Source: a phage
NCBI GenBank assembly: GCA_014685065.1
Contig: GCA_014685065.1_3930.1
Strand: one strand, 5' to 3'
DNA: 64,000 nt
Position numbers and translations under genes: made by a program. This document shows, piece by piece, positions 19,469 through 38,275 of the stretch (positions are counted from its first letter, which is position 1; every line of letters begins with the position of its first letter). The notes beneath the pieces were generated by a model. It made no database searches. It was given only the letters and a program-made list of their open reading frames with translations, and had not been told where the DNA came from.

Positions 19469-20543
19469 AGATGGTTCCTTCAACGTCTGGTCATGTGTTG
19501 CTGTAGGTGACAAAGTTATTACAACCTATGGTAAAGAAAATGGCAAGATGATGTTTGAAGAGTATACAGCAGAACCTAAAAACATCGGTAAAAAGAATGA
19601 GCGTAACGCTGAACAGCAAGCCCTCTTTGAAGTTGCTGCTAAGTATAAAAAGCAAGTTGACCGCAAAGGTTATGCTTACACAAAAGAGTCTGCACAGAAT
19701 ACTGAGAAGGTAGGTGTACAGCTTGCTCATGATGCTGCAAAGGTTAGTCATGCAAAGTATCTGAAGTTCCCTGCTGATGCTCAACCAAAACTTGATGGTG
19801 TCCGTTGTAGAATTTCAAGAGATGCTGATTTAGTTAGCTTCACGGCTTATTCTCGTGAGAATACTATTTACAACGTCCCAGCAGAACTAATCCCAGATTT
19901 GCTTTTGTTGCTTAAATTGCATCCACAAGTCGAAGACTTTGATGGTGAGATTTATGCTCATGGTTGGGACTTAGAAGATATTGTGTCTATGATTAAAAAT
20001 GCTGACAATCCAGACCGACATCTACTCCAGTTCTACTGGTACGATATCTGTGACAGTACTAAGACGTGGCCTGAGCGTAGAGATATTATTGAGACTTCAC
20101 CATTGAATGACTTTAGAGATGGCTGTAAAGTTATCCCTGTTAAGTCTCGTCGTGTAAATTCTTGGGAAGAGTTTGATGAAGCTCATGATAAGTGGGTTGA
20201 AGCTAAGTTTGAAGGTGCAATGTACCGTTCAATCTCTGAAGAATCTTTCTATGAGTGTGGTCACCGTTCATACTTCTTGATTAAGCACAAGAAGATGCAC
20301 ACTGAAGAGTTTAAAGTGACTGGTGTAAAGACTGATAAGCGTGGTCATGGTAAGTTCGTTGTAGAGACTCTTCCTAACGTCTTTGTAGATGTCTCATGGA
20401 AGACTACTCATGAGAAGAAACAGTATCTTGCTGAACATCCTGAAGAGTTTATCGGGAAACCTTTGACGGTTCAGTTCCAGAAGATGACTCGTAAAGGTTC
20501 TTTACAGTTCCCTGTTGGGTTAGTTATTCGAGACTACGAATAA
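19443..20543 (+). CDS. ATP-dependent DNA ligase
   Basis: Start set at ATG 19443 (RBS GAGG); adenylation motif I KLDGVRC present; about 366 aa. Confidence 0.85.
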   Translation: MTILYKQNKDGSFNVWSCVAVGDKVITTYGKENGKMMFEEYTAEPKNIGKKNERNAEQQALFEVAAKYKKQVDRKGYAYTKESAQNTEKVGVQLAHDAAKVSHAKYLKFPADAQPKLDGVRCRISRDADLVSFTAYSRENTIYNVPAELIPDLLLLLKLHPQVEDFDGEIYAHGWDLEDIVSMIKNADNPDRHLLQFYWYDICDSTKTWPERRDIIETSPLNDFRDGCKVIPVKSRRVNSWEEFDEAHDKWVEAKFEGAMYRSISEESFYECGHRSYFLIKHKKMHTEEFKVTGVKTDKRGHGKFVVETLPNVFVDVSWKTTHEKKQYLAEHPEEFIGKPLTVQFQKMTRKGSLQFPVGLVIRDYE

Positions 20544-20550
20544 AAAGTTG

Positions 20551-20578
20551 TTGACATAGAAAATTTGGTGAGTATACT
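20551..20578 (+). promoter_or_regulatory. sigma70-like promoter
   Basis: TTGACA (20551-20556) - 16 nt - TATACT (20573-20578), upstream of the 20821 operon. Confidence 0.55.
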
Positions 20579-20608
20579 GAGCAGCATAAACCAACGGGTA
20601 CTCACCAG

Positions 20609-20647
20609 CATCACTTAAGGGTCTTCTAAGAGGGTTTTTAAGTGATG
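20609..20647 (+). repeat. conserved 39-nt hairpin element, copy 1
   Basis: CATCACTTAAgggtcttctaagagggtttTTAAGTGATG, 10-bp stem; near-identical copy at 22001-22039. Confidence 0.6.
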
Positions 20648-20718
20648 TTTGGTGTGGTGCGGTGGTGTGGGGTGTAGTTTTGTGTTGTTAGGTGTTGTTA
20701 GGTGAGGTATGGGTGGAT
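20648..20718 (+). repeat. G/T-only low-complexity tract
   Basis: About 70 nt composed almost entirely of G and T (ggtgtggtgcggtggtgtggggtgt...). Confidence 0.6.
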
Positions 20719-20744
20719 GGTAGTAGCCACGTTAAAAATCTACC
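20719..20744 (+). other. hairpin GGTAG-16 nt-CTACC (covarying with 22111-22136)
   Basis: Second copy has GGCAG/CTGCC with the same loop start tagcc...aaaaat. Confidence 0.5.
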
Positions 20745-20802
20745 AAGTTTCTAAAGAGTCTTCTGTTGAGGGTTCTTTACAAACAACTTAACAATCAACT
20801 AA

Positions 20803-21408
<606 letters not shown>

Positions 21409-21410
21409 TT

Positions 21411-21851
21411 ATGAATACAAAAGCATTAGCAGCAAAGTTTAGTTACGGTGACACTGTATCACATTCTGAGATGGACACCTTCTTAGGTATTGTGAAGCCA
21501 ACTTATCAAGGTGACATTGTTAAGTACGAAGATGAAATGAAGGCTTATGCGCTTACACGTCTAAACCGACTTGAAAAGTTTATTGAAAAACTTCTTAAAG
21601 AAGAGAAGATTTATCTGGTTGCTTCAATGGGTGTTGGTTATCGTGTGGTTGAACCTAAGCATCAAGCAACTATTGCAAAACGCAAAATGTCTGGTAAGAT
21701 TGGTCGTGCTTTAAAGCAAGCCACTCAAGCGATTGAGAATGTGAACACTATGGCACTTAGTCATCAAGAACGTTCACGACTGATTGAACAGCAAAATCAC
21801 TTAGCTGCTATGAAAGCTAATATTAACAAGCAACGCAGAAAACCTTTCTAA
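21411..21851 (+). CDS. hypothetical protein
   Basis: 146 aa ORF immediately downstream. Confidence 0.5.
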   Translation: MNTKALAAKFSYGDTVSHSEMDTFLGIVKPTYQGDIVKYEDEMKAYALTRLNRLEKFIEKLLKEEKIYLVASMGVGYRVVEPKHQATIAKRKMSGKIGRALKQATQAIENVNTMALSHQERSRLIEQQNHLAAMKANINKQRRKPF

Positions 21852-21862
21852 GTTGACTAGGT

Positions 21863-21887
21863 AGCCTCTTCGGAGGCTCCTTTTTAA
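21863..21887 (+). terminator. rho-independent terminator
   Basis: AGCCTC-ttcg-GAGGCT hairpin followed by TTTTT. Confidence 0.6.
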
Positions 21888-21904
21888 AAGGTCTTTAAAC
21901 AGGG

Positions 21905-21965
21905 TCTTTTAACAAGGCTTAGCTTGGTTAGGTATGGTAAGGTGGTGTTTGGTGTTGTAAGGTAT
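21905..21965 (+). repeat. G/T-only low-complexity tract
   Basis: gcttggttaggtatggtaaggtggtgtttggtgttgtaaggtatggg. Confidence 0.55.
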
Positions 21966-22000
21966 GGGTAGTTAATCGGAGCTACATAAAAATTCGATTA

Positions 22001-22039
22001 CATCACTTAAGAGTCTTTTAAGAGGGTTTTTAAGTGAGG
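22001..22039 (+). repeat. conserved 39-nt hairpin element, copy 2
   Basis: CATCACTTAAgagtcttttaagagggtttTTAAGTGAGG. Confidence 0.6.
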
Positions 22040-22107
22040 TGTGGCACGGTAATGTTAGGTAGGGTCAGGTCAGGTCAGGTGAGGTAAGGTAAGGTAATGT
22101 ATGGAAG
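22040..22107 (+). repeat. G/T-only low-complexity tract
   Basis: Contains (caggt)x3 and (aaggt)x2 repeats. Confidence 0.55.
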
Positions 22108-22110
22108 GAT

Positions 22111-22136
22111 GGCAGTAGCCTTATAAAAAATCTGCC
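22111..22136 (+). other. hairpin GGCAG-16 nt-CTGCC
   Basis: Compensatory double change relative to 20719-20744. Confidence 0.5.
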
Positions 22137-22228
22137 AAATAAGCTATAAAATCTGTTGACAAGTCAGGTGTTATAGCTTATTTTTATACTCAATGTAATA
22201 CAAAATTTAATATAACTTTGAGGTCATT

Positions 22229-22612
22229 ATGAAAAAGATTTTATTAGCCGCTGCAATGGTTATGGCAATGAACTTACCAGTCAATGCAACAGAACTTCCA
22301 AATGTGGACTTATCAGGTGTTCCAAAAGACACTTGCCAGATTGTTAAAGGTGTTGCTCTGGCTAATGGTGAGCTACTTAAACCAATCTCTGAAGAGTCTT
22401 TGACAGAGATGACTGACAAGGTAACTGACTATCAGTATCGTGTTCTTGCAGAGTATTTCCTGCAATCTGCAAATATTAAAGAGAAGCACCATGATGATAT
22501 TGATGTACAGGCTATGCTCAACCATCGTATTCAGTTTAAAGAAGACTTGATGCAAAAAGCTATGTATGGTGTTGAGTATTTCTTAGAAAACAGAAGCTGC
22601 ACAGGTATTTGA
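22229..22612 (+). CDS. secreted/periplasmic protein with signal peptide
   Basis: 127 aa; N-terminus MKKILLAAAMVMAMNLPVNA is a typical Sec signal. Confidence 0.55.
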   Translation: MKKILLAAAMVMAMNLPVNATELPNVDLSGVPKDTCQIVKGVALANGELLKPISEESLTEMTDKVTDYQYRVLAEYFLQSANIKEKHHDDIDVQAMLNHRIQFKEDLMQKAMYGVEYFLENRSCTGI

Positions 22613-22613
22613 T

Positions 22614-22826
22614 ATGGCTCTTAAAAAGTTACATCCCAGAAGCGGTTATGGTAAGATAATTGATGATACAGACGGCTTTACAGTCTTTACAGTCATCTGT
22701 CAAGATGATTCACAGATTGAAAAGGCTCTTGATGATTACCTTAACGATGAACGTGAAAAGGTTAGGGCTACAAACATAGATTCATTGATTGACACTCCAC
22801 GCAAACGGAGGAAGAAAGATGAATGA
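22614..22826 (+). CDS. hypothetical protein
   Basis: 70 aa ORF with basic C-terminus. Confidence 0.4.
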   Translation: MALKKLHPRSGYGKIIDDTDGFTVFTVICQDDSQIEKALDDYLNDEREKVRATNIDSLIDTPRKRRKKDE

Positions 22827-23118
22827 GGTTTTTGACCCTTATGCTCCACAAGATGATTGGGAGGCTGACAGAGAGGCTGAAATGGAGAGTTATATTTGTC
22901 CAATGGATGTAGACGAAATGAGAGACTTCGTTGCACATCGTTTTAAGAGAGAGATTAAATCCAGAGGTCTTTCTCAAGAGCAAGTTGCTAAAATTTGTGG
23001 TATCTCTCAGGCTCGTGTATCCAACATAATCCACCTCACTGGGAATGTCTCTCTTGAGTATATGTTGGGAGTATGTGAAAAATTCGGTGTTAATTTCAAT
23101 TTAAGGTTGGCAGACTAA
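22819..23118 (+). CDS. putative HTH-type transcriptional regulator
   Basis: Start set at ATG 22819 (RBS GGAGGAAG); helix-turn-helix-like segment LSQEQVAKICGISQARVSNI. Confidence 0.5.
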   Translation: MNEVFDPYAPQDDWEADREAEMESYICPMDVDEMRDFVAHRFKREIKSRGLSQEQVAKICGISQARVSNIIHLTGNVSLEYMLGVCEKFGVNFNLRLAD

Positions 23119-23119
23119 T

Positions 23120-23479
23120 ATGAAACGTGAAAACATTATCCACTCTGAAAACTTTGCATTAGGCTTTTATGGTGTACCTACTCACCTTGAAAAGTATTAT
23201 GGTGTGAAGATTCTCTCCAATCTCATTATGGCTTACAAAGATGGTAAGATTAAGCATACTGAGAAGAAACGTGTCATGGGCTATATGGCTGTAGGTTCAG
23301 CAATCTCGAACATTAAGCTGGAAACAACTAGCAGCCAGATTGTGAAAGACCACTTCATCAAAGAGCTTTACCAGAATCTTGATGGTGTAGATGTTCAGGC
23401 TGTTTGGCTAGATGTTGATGGTCACAACTACACAAGTTTTGTCTTCAAAAACGATGACATTAAGTGCTTGTTCCCATAA
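23120..23479 (+). CDS. hypothetical protein
   Basis: 119 aa ORF. Confidence 0.5.
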   Translation: MKRENIIHSENFALGFYGVPTHLEKYYGVKILSNLIMAYKDGKIKHTEKKRVMGYMAVGSAISNIKLETTSSQIVKDHFIKELYQNLDGVDVQAVWLDVDGHNYTSFVFKNDDIKCLFP

Positions 23480-23492
23480 TAGGTGATTAACT

Positions 23493-24008
23493 ATGATTGA
23501 TATCTACTTACAAGATGCTCATGCAGATTTCCTTAAAGAAATGCTTAAAAAGTTTATGGCTTCACAGTATGAGAATGAAGCATCTTTTAAAATAGTTACA
23601 TGTGGCGACGAAGCTGGTTTTGTTGAGATTGAACATGAAGGTACTGGAAAGACTGTTTGTAAGCTACCTGATAGCATGTTCTCTAAAACGTTCTTAACAA
23701 AGACTAGTATAAATGTTAAGCTTGTTCCTCAGATTGAAACATACTCTGGTACAGATTACCCTAAAGGCTTCAAGTCACTGATGAAACACTTCTTAGATGA
23801 CTTTGTGAGTAATCTTCTAAGTGAGGTAACAGAAAGCCGTACAATATTAACTGTAGAGAATATAGGGAACACTATCAGGGTTACTTCTGACCGATATTCT
23901 ATGAGCCTCTTCGACTTTGTACCTAAGAACTTTGATGGTATTCTGGATGAAGAAGATGACTGTGTAGACTTTATATTGGTTCTTGAACCAGTTTTTGAGG
24001 TTAAATAG
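23493..24008 (+). CDS. hypothetical protein
   Basis: 171 aa ORF. Confidence 0.5.
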   Translation: MIDIYLQDAHADFLKEMLKKFMASQYENEASFKIVTCGDEAGFVEIEHEGTGKTVCKLPDSMFSKTFLTKTSINVKLVPQIETYSGTDYPKGFKSLMKHFLDDFVSNLLSEVTESRTILTVENIGNTIRVTSDRYSMSLFDFVPKNFDGILDEEDDCVDFILVLEPVFEVK

Positions 24009-24269
24009 ATGAAAATTGAACACTGCTATGAGTCTGATGGAACACCTATCCGTTGTCCACATTGCGGGTGTACAGACTTACAAGGTGAGGTAAGTGAAAT
24101 AGTCAACGGTCATATTGCTGAAGAAAGTACCCGATGCACAGGGTGTAATGAAATTATCGCTTTCTGGGCTTATGGTTCATACCAACCCTCTCCACATTTT
24201 ATCTACCATCGTAGTAAAGTTGTGAAGAGTGTTATCAACTGGTTCATTAAGAAAGGATTTACAAAATGA
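24009..24269 (+). CDS. hypothetical Cys-rich protein
   Basis: 86 aa; CPHCGC...CTGC. Confidence 0.45.
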   Translation: MKIEHCYESDGTPIRCPHCGCTDLQGEVSEIVNGHIAEESTRCTGCNEIIAFWAYGSYQPSPHFIYHRSKVVKSVINWFIKKGFTK

Positions 24270-24811
24270 TTAAATTAATCTTTGCAAGTGGTGAAAATGG
24301 TGAGTTTGGTACTCCAACTGGTATGCCGTGGCCTCGACATAAACAGGACATGCAAGAGTTTAAGAGACTCACTAAAAATAACTTAGTAGTGATGGGTAAT
24401 GAGACTTTTAAGACTCTGGGTAGTAAACCTCTACCAGAACGTGCAAACCTAATCTTAACAAATTCTGTACCATACTTAGGCATAGACTTTGGCAAAGATG
24501 ATGTAATGTATGCTAAAGCCAGTAAAGAGTCATTTGGAGCATTTTTGAAGTATCTTGATAGCTCTATTGATGAAGATGTCTTTGTAATTGGTGGTGCAGG
24601 TGTCCTTGTCAATGCTTTACCGTATGCTGGTGTGGTATTCCATACAGTCTTCCATAAAGTTACTGAAGAGGCCACTGTGCATTTACCTTTTGAAAACTTC
24701 TTTGAGAAGCTGTATGATAGCCGTGTATTTGCAAAGGTACAGTCAAGGCCATCGGATGATGGTAAAGCAACCTTTGAAATTTATGTTCCACAAGTAAAAG
24801 GACACTTTTGA
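24266..24811 (+). CDS. frd: dihydrofolate reductase
   Basis: 181 aa; N-terminus MIKLIFASGENGEFG...MPW mirrors DHFR (T4 frd starts MIKLVF); directly upstream of thymidylate synthase. Confidence 0.75.
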   Translation: MIKLIFASGENGEFGTPTGMPWPRHKQDMQEFKRLTKNNLVVMGNETFKTLGSKPLPERANLILTNSVPYLGIDFGKDDVMYAKASKESFGAFLKYLDSSIDEDVFVIGGAGVLVNALPYAGVVFHTVFHKVTEEATVHLPFENFFEKLYDSRVFAKVQSRPSDDGKATFEIYVPQVKGHF

Positions 24812-24812
24812 T

Positions 24813-25712
24813 ATGTCACAAGCTGATTTGAGTTACAAAAATATCCTGAACCATGTTTTATCCGTTGGTGAACTGCGTACTACACGAACTGGAGATGTTA
24901 TCTCTGCATTTGCTCCACCACAGTTTCGTTTTGATATGCGAACTGGTTTCCCACTCTTAACATCTAAACAGGTGTTTACACGGCAAGTTATTGGGGAAGC
25001 TTTATGGTTCCTGAATGGTGAGAATAAACTTGGTGAACTTCGTTACCGTACTTGGGGTGAAAATGATGGGGAACGCTGGACTATCTGGTCAGATGATTTT
25101 AAACGCTGGTTAAGCTCTAATTATTCCTCTGAACAAGACTGGTTAGAGGATGCAGGTGGTAGAATCTACGGGGTTCAGTGGAGAAACTTTGAGGGTCATG
25201 ATGGTTGTGTTGTAGACCAGTTAGAGACCTTAGTAGCGAAGATGAAGGGTGATATCACAGACCGTTACATGCTTGTTAACGCTTGGAATGCAGCAGATAT
25301 TGCAGCAAACTCAATGGCTTTAGCACCTTGTCATGTTCTGTTTCAGATTTATATCACCAACGAGGGTGAAGTTGACTTACAATGGTATCAGCGTTCTGTA
25401 GACACCTTTTTAGGACTTCCGTTTAACATTGCATCTTATGGTTTTATTCTGGAAGTTCTTTGCAAGATGACTGGATACACTCCACGGTACTTGATAGGTG
25501 TCTTTGGAGATACTCAGATTTATCAGAACCATATGAAGCAGGTCTATGAACTGATGAACAATGAAGAGTTCCATGCACCAACTTTTGAGATTGGTATCCC
25601 ACTTAACACTTTAAGTGACCTAAAACATCTCACTGCAAGTGACTTTATCGGTGGAATTAACAACTACCAACATGCAGGAAAGATTGAAGCGCCTTTGTCA
25701 GTAGGTAAGTAA
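24813..25712 (+). CDS. thyA: thymidylate synthase
   Basis: 299 aa; active-site region ALAPCHVLFQ. Confidence 0.9.
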   Translation: MSQADLSYKNILNHVLSVGELRTTRTGDVISAFAPPQFRFDMRTGFPLLTSKQVFTRQVIGEALWFLNGENKLGELRYRTWGENDGERWTIWSDDFKRWLSSNYSSEQDWLEDAGGRIYGVQWRNFEGHDGCVVDQLETLVAKMKGDITDRYMLVNAWNAADIAANSMALAPCHVLFQIYITNEGEVDLQWYQRSVDTFLGLPFNIASYGFILEVLCKMTGYTPRYLIGVFGDTQIYQNHMKQVYELMNNEEFHAPTFEIGIPLNTLSDLKHLTASDFIGGINNYQHAGKIEAPLSVGK

Positions 25713-25720
25713 AAACAAAA

Positions 25721-25745
25721 AAGGCTCCCGTCAAAAGGAGCCTTA
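25721..25745. terminator. bidirectional rho-independent terminator
   Basis: GGCTCC-cgtcaaaa-GGAGCC hairpin flanked by an A-run upstream and T-run downstream; between convergent thyA and the 123-aa minus-strand gene. Confidence 0.6.
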
Positions 25746-25750
25746 AAATT

Positions 25751-26122
25751 TTATTTTTCAGTATTCTTTGTGTTCTTCTCAGTAATAGCTTGGAGGGCTG
25801 ATACTGATTGAGCCAGATTATTCACACTGTCAGAGAATTTATCAAGAGTTTTGGTAAGTTTTGCGTTTTCACCCTTAACATTCTCTAACTGAACTTTCTG
25901 GTTCTCCATCCCTAGCTGAATCAGTCTCATGTCAGACTGTAAATCACGAATAGCTGAATAGTTACTTTTGGAATAATTATCTAGCTGCTGTAACTTTGTT
26001 GTGACAGACACTTCTTGTTTACCACTTGAAACTTGCATAGTGGTATACATCCCAATAACACTAAAAATACCAACTACAATTGCACCAATATTATTTTTAA
26101 AAGCTTCCTCTAGCCACTTCAT
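25751..26122 (-). CDS. membrane-anchored coiled-coil protein (possible lysis or tail-fibre accessory protein)
   Basis: 123 aa; N-terminal TM segment IGAIVVGIFSVIGMYTT then a coiled-coil-like region. Confidence 0.45.
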   Translation of the reverse strand: MKWLEEAFKNNIGAIVVGIFSVIGMYTTMQVSSGKQEVSVTTKLQQLDNYSKSNYSAIRDLQSDMRLIQLGMENQKVQLENVKGENAKLTKTLDKFSDSVNNLAQSVSALQAITEKNTKNTEK

Positions 26123-26317
26123 TTATTTCTCCCCCTTAAAAGCTTTTTCTAAGTTATCTACGAACTCATCATCAATAGGTGTGTCTGTTTTACTCGCAAG
26201 GTATCTTGCAAGCTTAAAGAACACTTTCTCAATCATGTATTCACTTAGAAGGGATAAAATGAGTTTCCAGAAGAAGCTACCTAGATTTTTTAGAAGAATT
26301 GCTAGGATTGTAGGCAT
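26123..26317 (-). CDS. small membrane protein (holin-like candidate)
   Basis: 64 aa, hydrophobic N-terminal half, charged C-terminus; immediately downstream of the tail-fibre genes. Confidence 0.4.
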   Translation of the reverse strand: MPTILAILLKNLGSFFWKLILSLLSEYMIEKVFFKLARYLASKTDTPIDDEFVDNLEKAFKGEK

Positions 26318-26396
26318 TTAATCACCTCATCAGCCAAGATGGTGAGAATACCCATAAAGAATATTAACACCATCTTAACAATCAGTCAACAAGGGA

Positions 26397-28781
26397 TTAA
26401 GCAGTTCTTACCCAAGCCATTAACTTGTAGAACTGGTTAGTAACACTAAATGCTGACCCAGAACCTGTACCACCAGTGTTACCACTGACTGTGTGGCTGT
26501 GAGCACCAATACCTACAGAGTGGGAATGGTCGCCAGCACCGCTTGTAGTACCAGACCATGTATGTGTATGGTTACCAGTTGTGTTAGTGTTAGGGAATTT
26601 ATTGTCCCTTCTGTCAAGCCAGTCAAGTGTTCTAGGGAGACTGTTACCAACTGTTGTATAACCGTACAAAGCATCACCACCATTAACTAATAACAAACCT
26701 AAGTGGTGAGCGTGGTTACCAGCAGCACTTGTTGTACCACTTACAGAGTGAGCATGACCACCAGTACTGTTAGTTCCCTTCGTACCATAATCAAAAGATG
26801 AAGTGGTAGCAGAGAAACTATGGGTGTGTGATGGTAAGTTACCAACAGCTAACGTCACAGAATCTGAACCACCTGTTGTAGCAACATCTGAACCGTTTGC
26901 TGCTGCAATTCTGATAGTTCTACCAACACCATTGTTCAGGTACGTCCAAGTTAACCCAGGAAGTGCTGTATTAGGGTCAACATTGCTGTTAAACCATGTC
27001 ACAATACCTACTGGATAGATTTTATTAAGGTCTGTAGAGTCACTAATTGCTTCTGCAATCTTCTGGTCAGTCTCTGCTTTAGTATATGCACCAAGCTCAT
27101 CAGGGGTTGGTTTCTGAGCTTCGTTGTAAACCTTAGACCATCCAGCCTCAAAACCAAGTCTGTCTCTGGCTGTTCTGTACCACATCCCACCATTTTTGTA
27201 ATCAAACATTAATTGTGCAGCAGGTGTTGATGACAATGAATTAACGAACATGTGCGAAACTAAACGGCTTGCCCCACCACCTTTGATTGTCTCAATATAG
27301 ATTCCTGAAGGTTGATTCCAAGCTACGCCACCATCTTCTTCTCTTACTGTGCCTCTGGCTGCTGACCAGATATACTTCGCATCTGTTGCAGATTGAACGT
27401 AGTATCTAGCATCTAAGTTAGAGAAATCAGATGGTTGAACTTGACCAGTGATAGCAAGACTCTTGTTAGCCACAATTACTGATGGTTCAAGGGCAATTTG
27501 AGTGCCAGAGTAGCTGTTGTTCCAAGTAACCACGTTGGAATTGTTTCCTCCTACACCAATCCACCATCTAGAGGTGTTTGCGGTGTCAACACCACGGATA
27601 TACAAAGGTTGATTTTGTGTTAAATTCTTTACAATCAACCCTTCATTGTTAGCAACAATAGTTTGTGTATTCGTGAAAGTATTAGACACATTAAGTTTAG
27701 GGAGATTACTCAAAGTTCCTGCTGGGATATATCTAGAATCTATATTAGTCCAATCAGACGGTTGAACTTGACCAGTGATTTGGACTGTTCTGCTCATGGC
27801 AATGGTGTTACCTAGTGAGATTTGTGTGTTTGCTAAGTAGTTATAGATGTTTACAGTGTTTTCATCGGTATCATTACCAATATACCACTTACGAGTTCCA
27901 TCTGATTTTTTTGCTTGGATATACAAAGCAGCAGTTGTATCTACATTTTGCAGAGTGATAGCATTAGCATTCTTCTTAACAACAAAGTTAGTGAAAATAT
28001 TAGAGCCACTAAAAGTATTATCACCAGCCAACTGTGCAAATTTCTGATTAGCCACTGTCTGAGTAAAATATCTAGCATCTAAGTTAGAGAAATCCGAAGG
28101 TTGAACTTGACCCATAACTCTCAGTGTCTTATTAAACGATGCTGTTGCATCAAGTGTCAACATTGAGCCAGTGGCGTGATTGTACAAATAAACATTAGTA
28201 TTGTTTGCATTTCCTTGCCCAACATACCAAGTTTGCTGGTTATTAGCATCCCTACCTTGAATATATGAAGCACCTGCATTGGTTGCTTTCTTAAGGGTTA
28301 ACTGCTCACCATCAGTTACAATTGCTTGCCTAATGCTGAAGTTATTTGTAACAGCAAGCCTTGCATATCTTGCATCATTCTCTTCATTAGTTCTCATCCC
28401 AAGCTCATTAGGACTTGGCTTATTCAGAGTGTGGTAAACAGTTGCTGACCTTGAAGCATCTGCAATAGTTAGTTTAAGACCGTTTGCGTTAATTTTAAAA
28501 GTCTTTAAAACATCCCCGATAGTAATCTCAGAAGAACCTGTTGGGTCAAATACTGCCTTACCGCCATAGAGTAACTTAACAATCCCTAAGTCACCTGTCA
28601 TAGTACTACCAGCAATCTGAACAAATCTCTCAAGTTTAAAAGATGCTAAGAAGTCTTGATAGGTCATTCGACGGTCTTCATCACCCAGCATTTCAGGTCT
28701 CTTTTTAACTCTGACATGAAGAAGGTCATCTGAACGGATTGTGTCGATTGAGTTTAATTGACTCAATTTGTAATCTGCCAT
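26397..28781 (-). CDS. tail fiber protein
   Basis: 794 aa; repetitive beta-rich body with recurring QVQPSDxxNxDxRY blocks; C-terminal His-rich HxH repeats ([29 protein letters not shown]). Confidence 0.75.
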   Translation of the reverse strand: MADYKLSQLNSIDTIRSDDLLHVRVKKRPEMLGDEDRRMTYQDFLASFKLERFVQIAGSTMTGDLGIVKLLYGGKAVFDPTGSSEITIGDVLKTFKINANGLKLTIADASRSATVYHTLNKPSPNELGMRTNEENDARYARLAVTNNFSIRQAIVTDGEQLTLKKATNAGASYIQGRDANNQQTWYVGQGNANNTNVYLYNHATGSMLTLDATASFNKTLRVMGQVQPSDFSNLDARYFTQTVANQKFAQLAGDNTFSGSNIFTNFVVKKNANAITLQNVDTTAALYIQAKKSDGTRKWYIGNDTDENTVNIYNYLANTQISLGNTIAMSRTVQITGQVQPSDWTNIDSRYIPAGTLSNLPKLNVSNTFTNTQTIVANNEGLIVKNLTQNQPLYIRGVDTANTSRWWIGVGGNNSNVVTWNNSYSGTQIALEPSVIVANKSLAITGQVQPSDFSNLDARYYVQSATDAKYIWSAARGTVREEDGGVAWNQPSGIYIETIKGGGASRLVSHMFVNSLSSTPAAQLMFDYKNGGMWYRTARDRLGFEAGWSKVYNEAQKPTPDELGAYTKAETDQKIAEAISDSTDLNKIYPVGIVTWFNSNVDPNTALPGLTWTYLNNGVGRTIRIAAANGSDVATTGGSDSVTLAVGNLPSHTHSFSATTSSFDYGTKGTNSTGGHAHSVSGTTSAAGNHAHHLGLLLVNGGDALYGYTTVGNSLPRTLDWLDRRDNKFPNTNTTGNHTHTWSGTTSGAGDHSHSVGIGAHSHTVSGNTGGTGSGSAFSVTNQFYKLMAWVRTA

Positions 28782-28827
28782 TATAAATTTTCCTCTTAAA
28801 AGGGGCTATAAAGCCCCTGTAAAGAAA

Positions 28828-30015
28828 TTAAGCTGTTCTCTGCCATACATACAGTACGAAGGATGGCTGTTCAATGTTGAAAGCTTGTCCACCACCAACA
28901 CTGTTCGTGTTTCCACTATGCGTATGCTCAGAAGAAGAAACTGTCACAGTACCATTGTGCGTATGCGAACCAATACCAACTGTGTGACTGTGAGCACCAA
29001 TACCCACCATATGGTTGTGGTCACCAGTTGTGTTAGTGGTAACACTGAAAGAGTGGGTGTGCGCACCAGCGACTTCACAGACAACATCTGCTGAGTACCA
29101 CGATTGGTCATTCCTTGAAGACCAGACCATTGCAGGTCTCTCCGACAGACCACCACCTGCTTCATAAGTCAATCTGTGGTTGTGAGCACCAGCAGCACTT
29201 GTTGACCCACTACCAACGTGATTGTGGTTACCAGTTGTGTTAGTGGTCTTTGTTCCATAGTCAAAAGAGTTGGTAGTCTTAGTTCCATAATCAAAAGCTG
29301 AGATTGAAACAGTTGCATTATGAGTATGACCACCACCACTAAGAGACACAGAGTGTGAGTGTTGAGGCATGTTATTAACTGACAAAGTGACAGTTGAAGC
29401 ACCAAATACAGAACCTGCTGGCCTTGTATCAGAGTCATAACCAACCAACGCCCTACCTTTTGAAACTAACTCCCAAGTACCTCCACAAATTAAGTATGTA
29501 GAAGGGTTTGCAGAGTTCATAGAAAGATGGATAGTACCTACTGGATAAGAAGCCTGAACAGCCTTGTACAAGTTATTTACTGCTCTTGCTGTAGCATACT
29601 TATCTGCATCTTCATTATACAGGTTAGATGTTGTCCAGTTCTGAACATTACTTAAACCAACCTGTGCCTTAGTTGTATTGTGTGGGTTACTCTTGTCCTT
29701 GATATGTTGCTGGACAAGGTTATTAACCTCTTCTGAAGACATAATCTGTAGATTTGCTCTTGCCTCAGCTACATTAACAATATCTGATAAGTTATTTGCA
29801 GCGACTAACTGAAGAGCATTAATAACATTATCTAAACCAATTTGTGTTTTAGTAACACCATGAGGGTTATTTTTTAGGCTTGAGTGTGGGGCAAGTAATT
29901 GCTCAAGAGTACATCTCTTATCCTCAATACCCTGCTTAAGATGGAAGATATCACTAAGGTCAATTGGTAAGGCTGCTTGAGGCAAGGCACTAATTTGAAT
30001 TTCACCTACTGCCAT
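28828..30015 (-). CDS. tail fiber protein (second, shorter)
   Basis: 395 aa; the same C-terminal HxH repeat architecture (QHSHSVS, GGHTHNAT, GNHNHVG, GAHNHRL). Confidence 0.7.
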   Translation of the reverse strand: MAVGEIQISALPQAALPIDLSDIFHLKQGIEDKRCTLEQLLAPHSSLKNNPHGVTKTQIGLDNVINALQLVAANNLSDIVNVAEARANLQIMSSEEVNNLVQQHIKDKSNPHNTTKAQVGLSNVQNWTTSNLYNEDADKYATARAVNNLYKAVQASYPVGTIHLSMNSANPSTYLICGGTWELVSKGRALVGYDSDTRPAGSVFGASTVTLSVNNMPQHSHSVSLSGGGHTHNATVSISAFDYGTKTTNSFDYGTKTTNTTGNHNHVGSGSTSAAGAHNHRLTYEAGGGLSERPAMVWSSRNDQSWYSADVVCEVAGAHTHSFSVTTNTTGDHNHMVGIGAHSHTVGIGSHTHNGTVTVSSSEHTHSGNTNSVGGGQAFNIEQPSFVLYVWQRTA

Positions 30016-30017
30016 TA

Positions 30018-38033
<8,016 letters not shown>

Positions 38034-38034
<1 letters not shown>

Positions 38035-38273
38035 TACATTTTTCCTGCTCTTCTAAGTTCGTTGTAAGCAATTTCCTCTTTATACGACCTCTGAATCTCA
38101 AGAAATTGTCTCAATGATAGTAAATCAGAGAATGTCATAGCAAAGAGTTGGTCAAGTGTTTCTTTACACCCTTCCATACCATAAATAGCAAGCACAAATT
38201 TCATCTCGTCTGCTTCTTCATAGGTTGCCTCTACAGCAGCATCAGTTAGTGGTGTCTGTAGAGTGTTACCCAT
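38034..38273 (-). CDS. putative tail assembly chaperone
   Basis: 79 aa ORF directly upstream of the tape measure gene. Confidence 0.4.
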
Positions 38274-38275
38274 GT

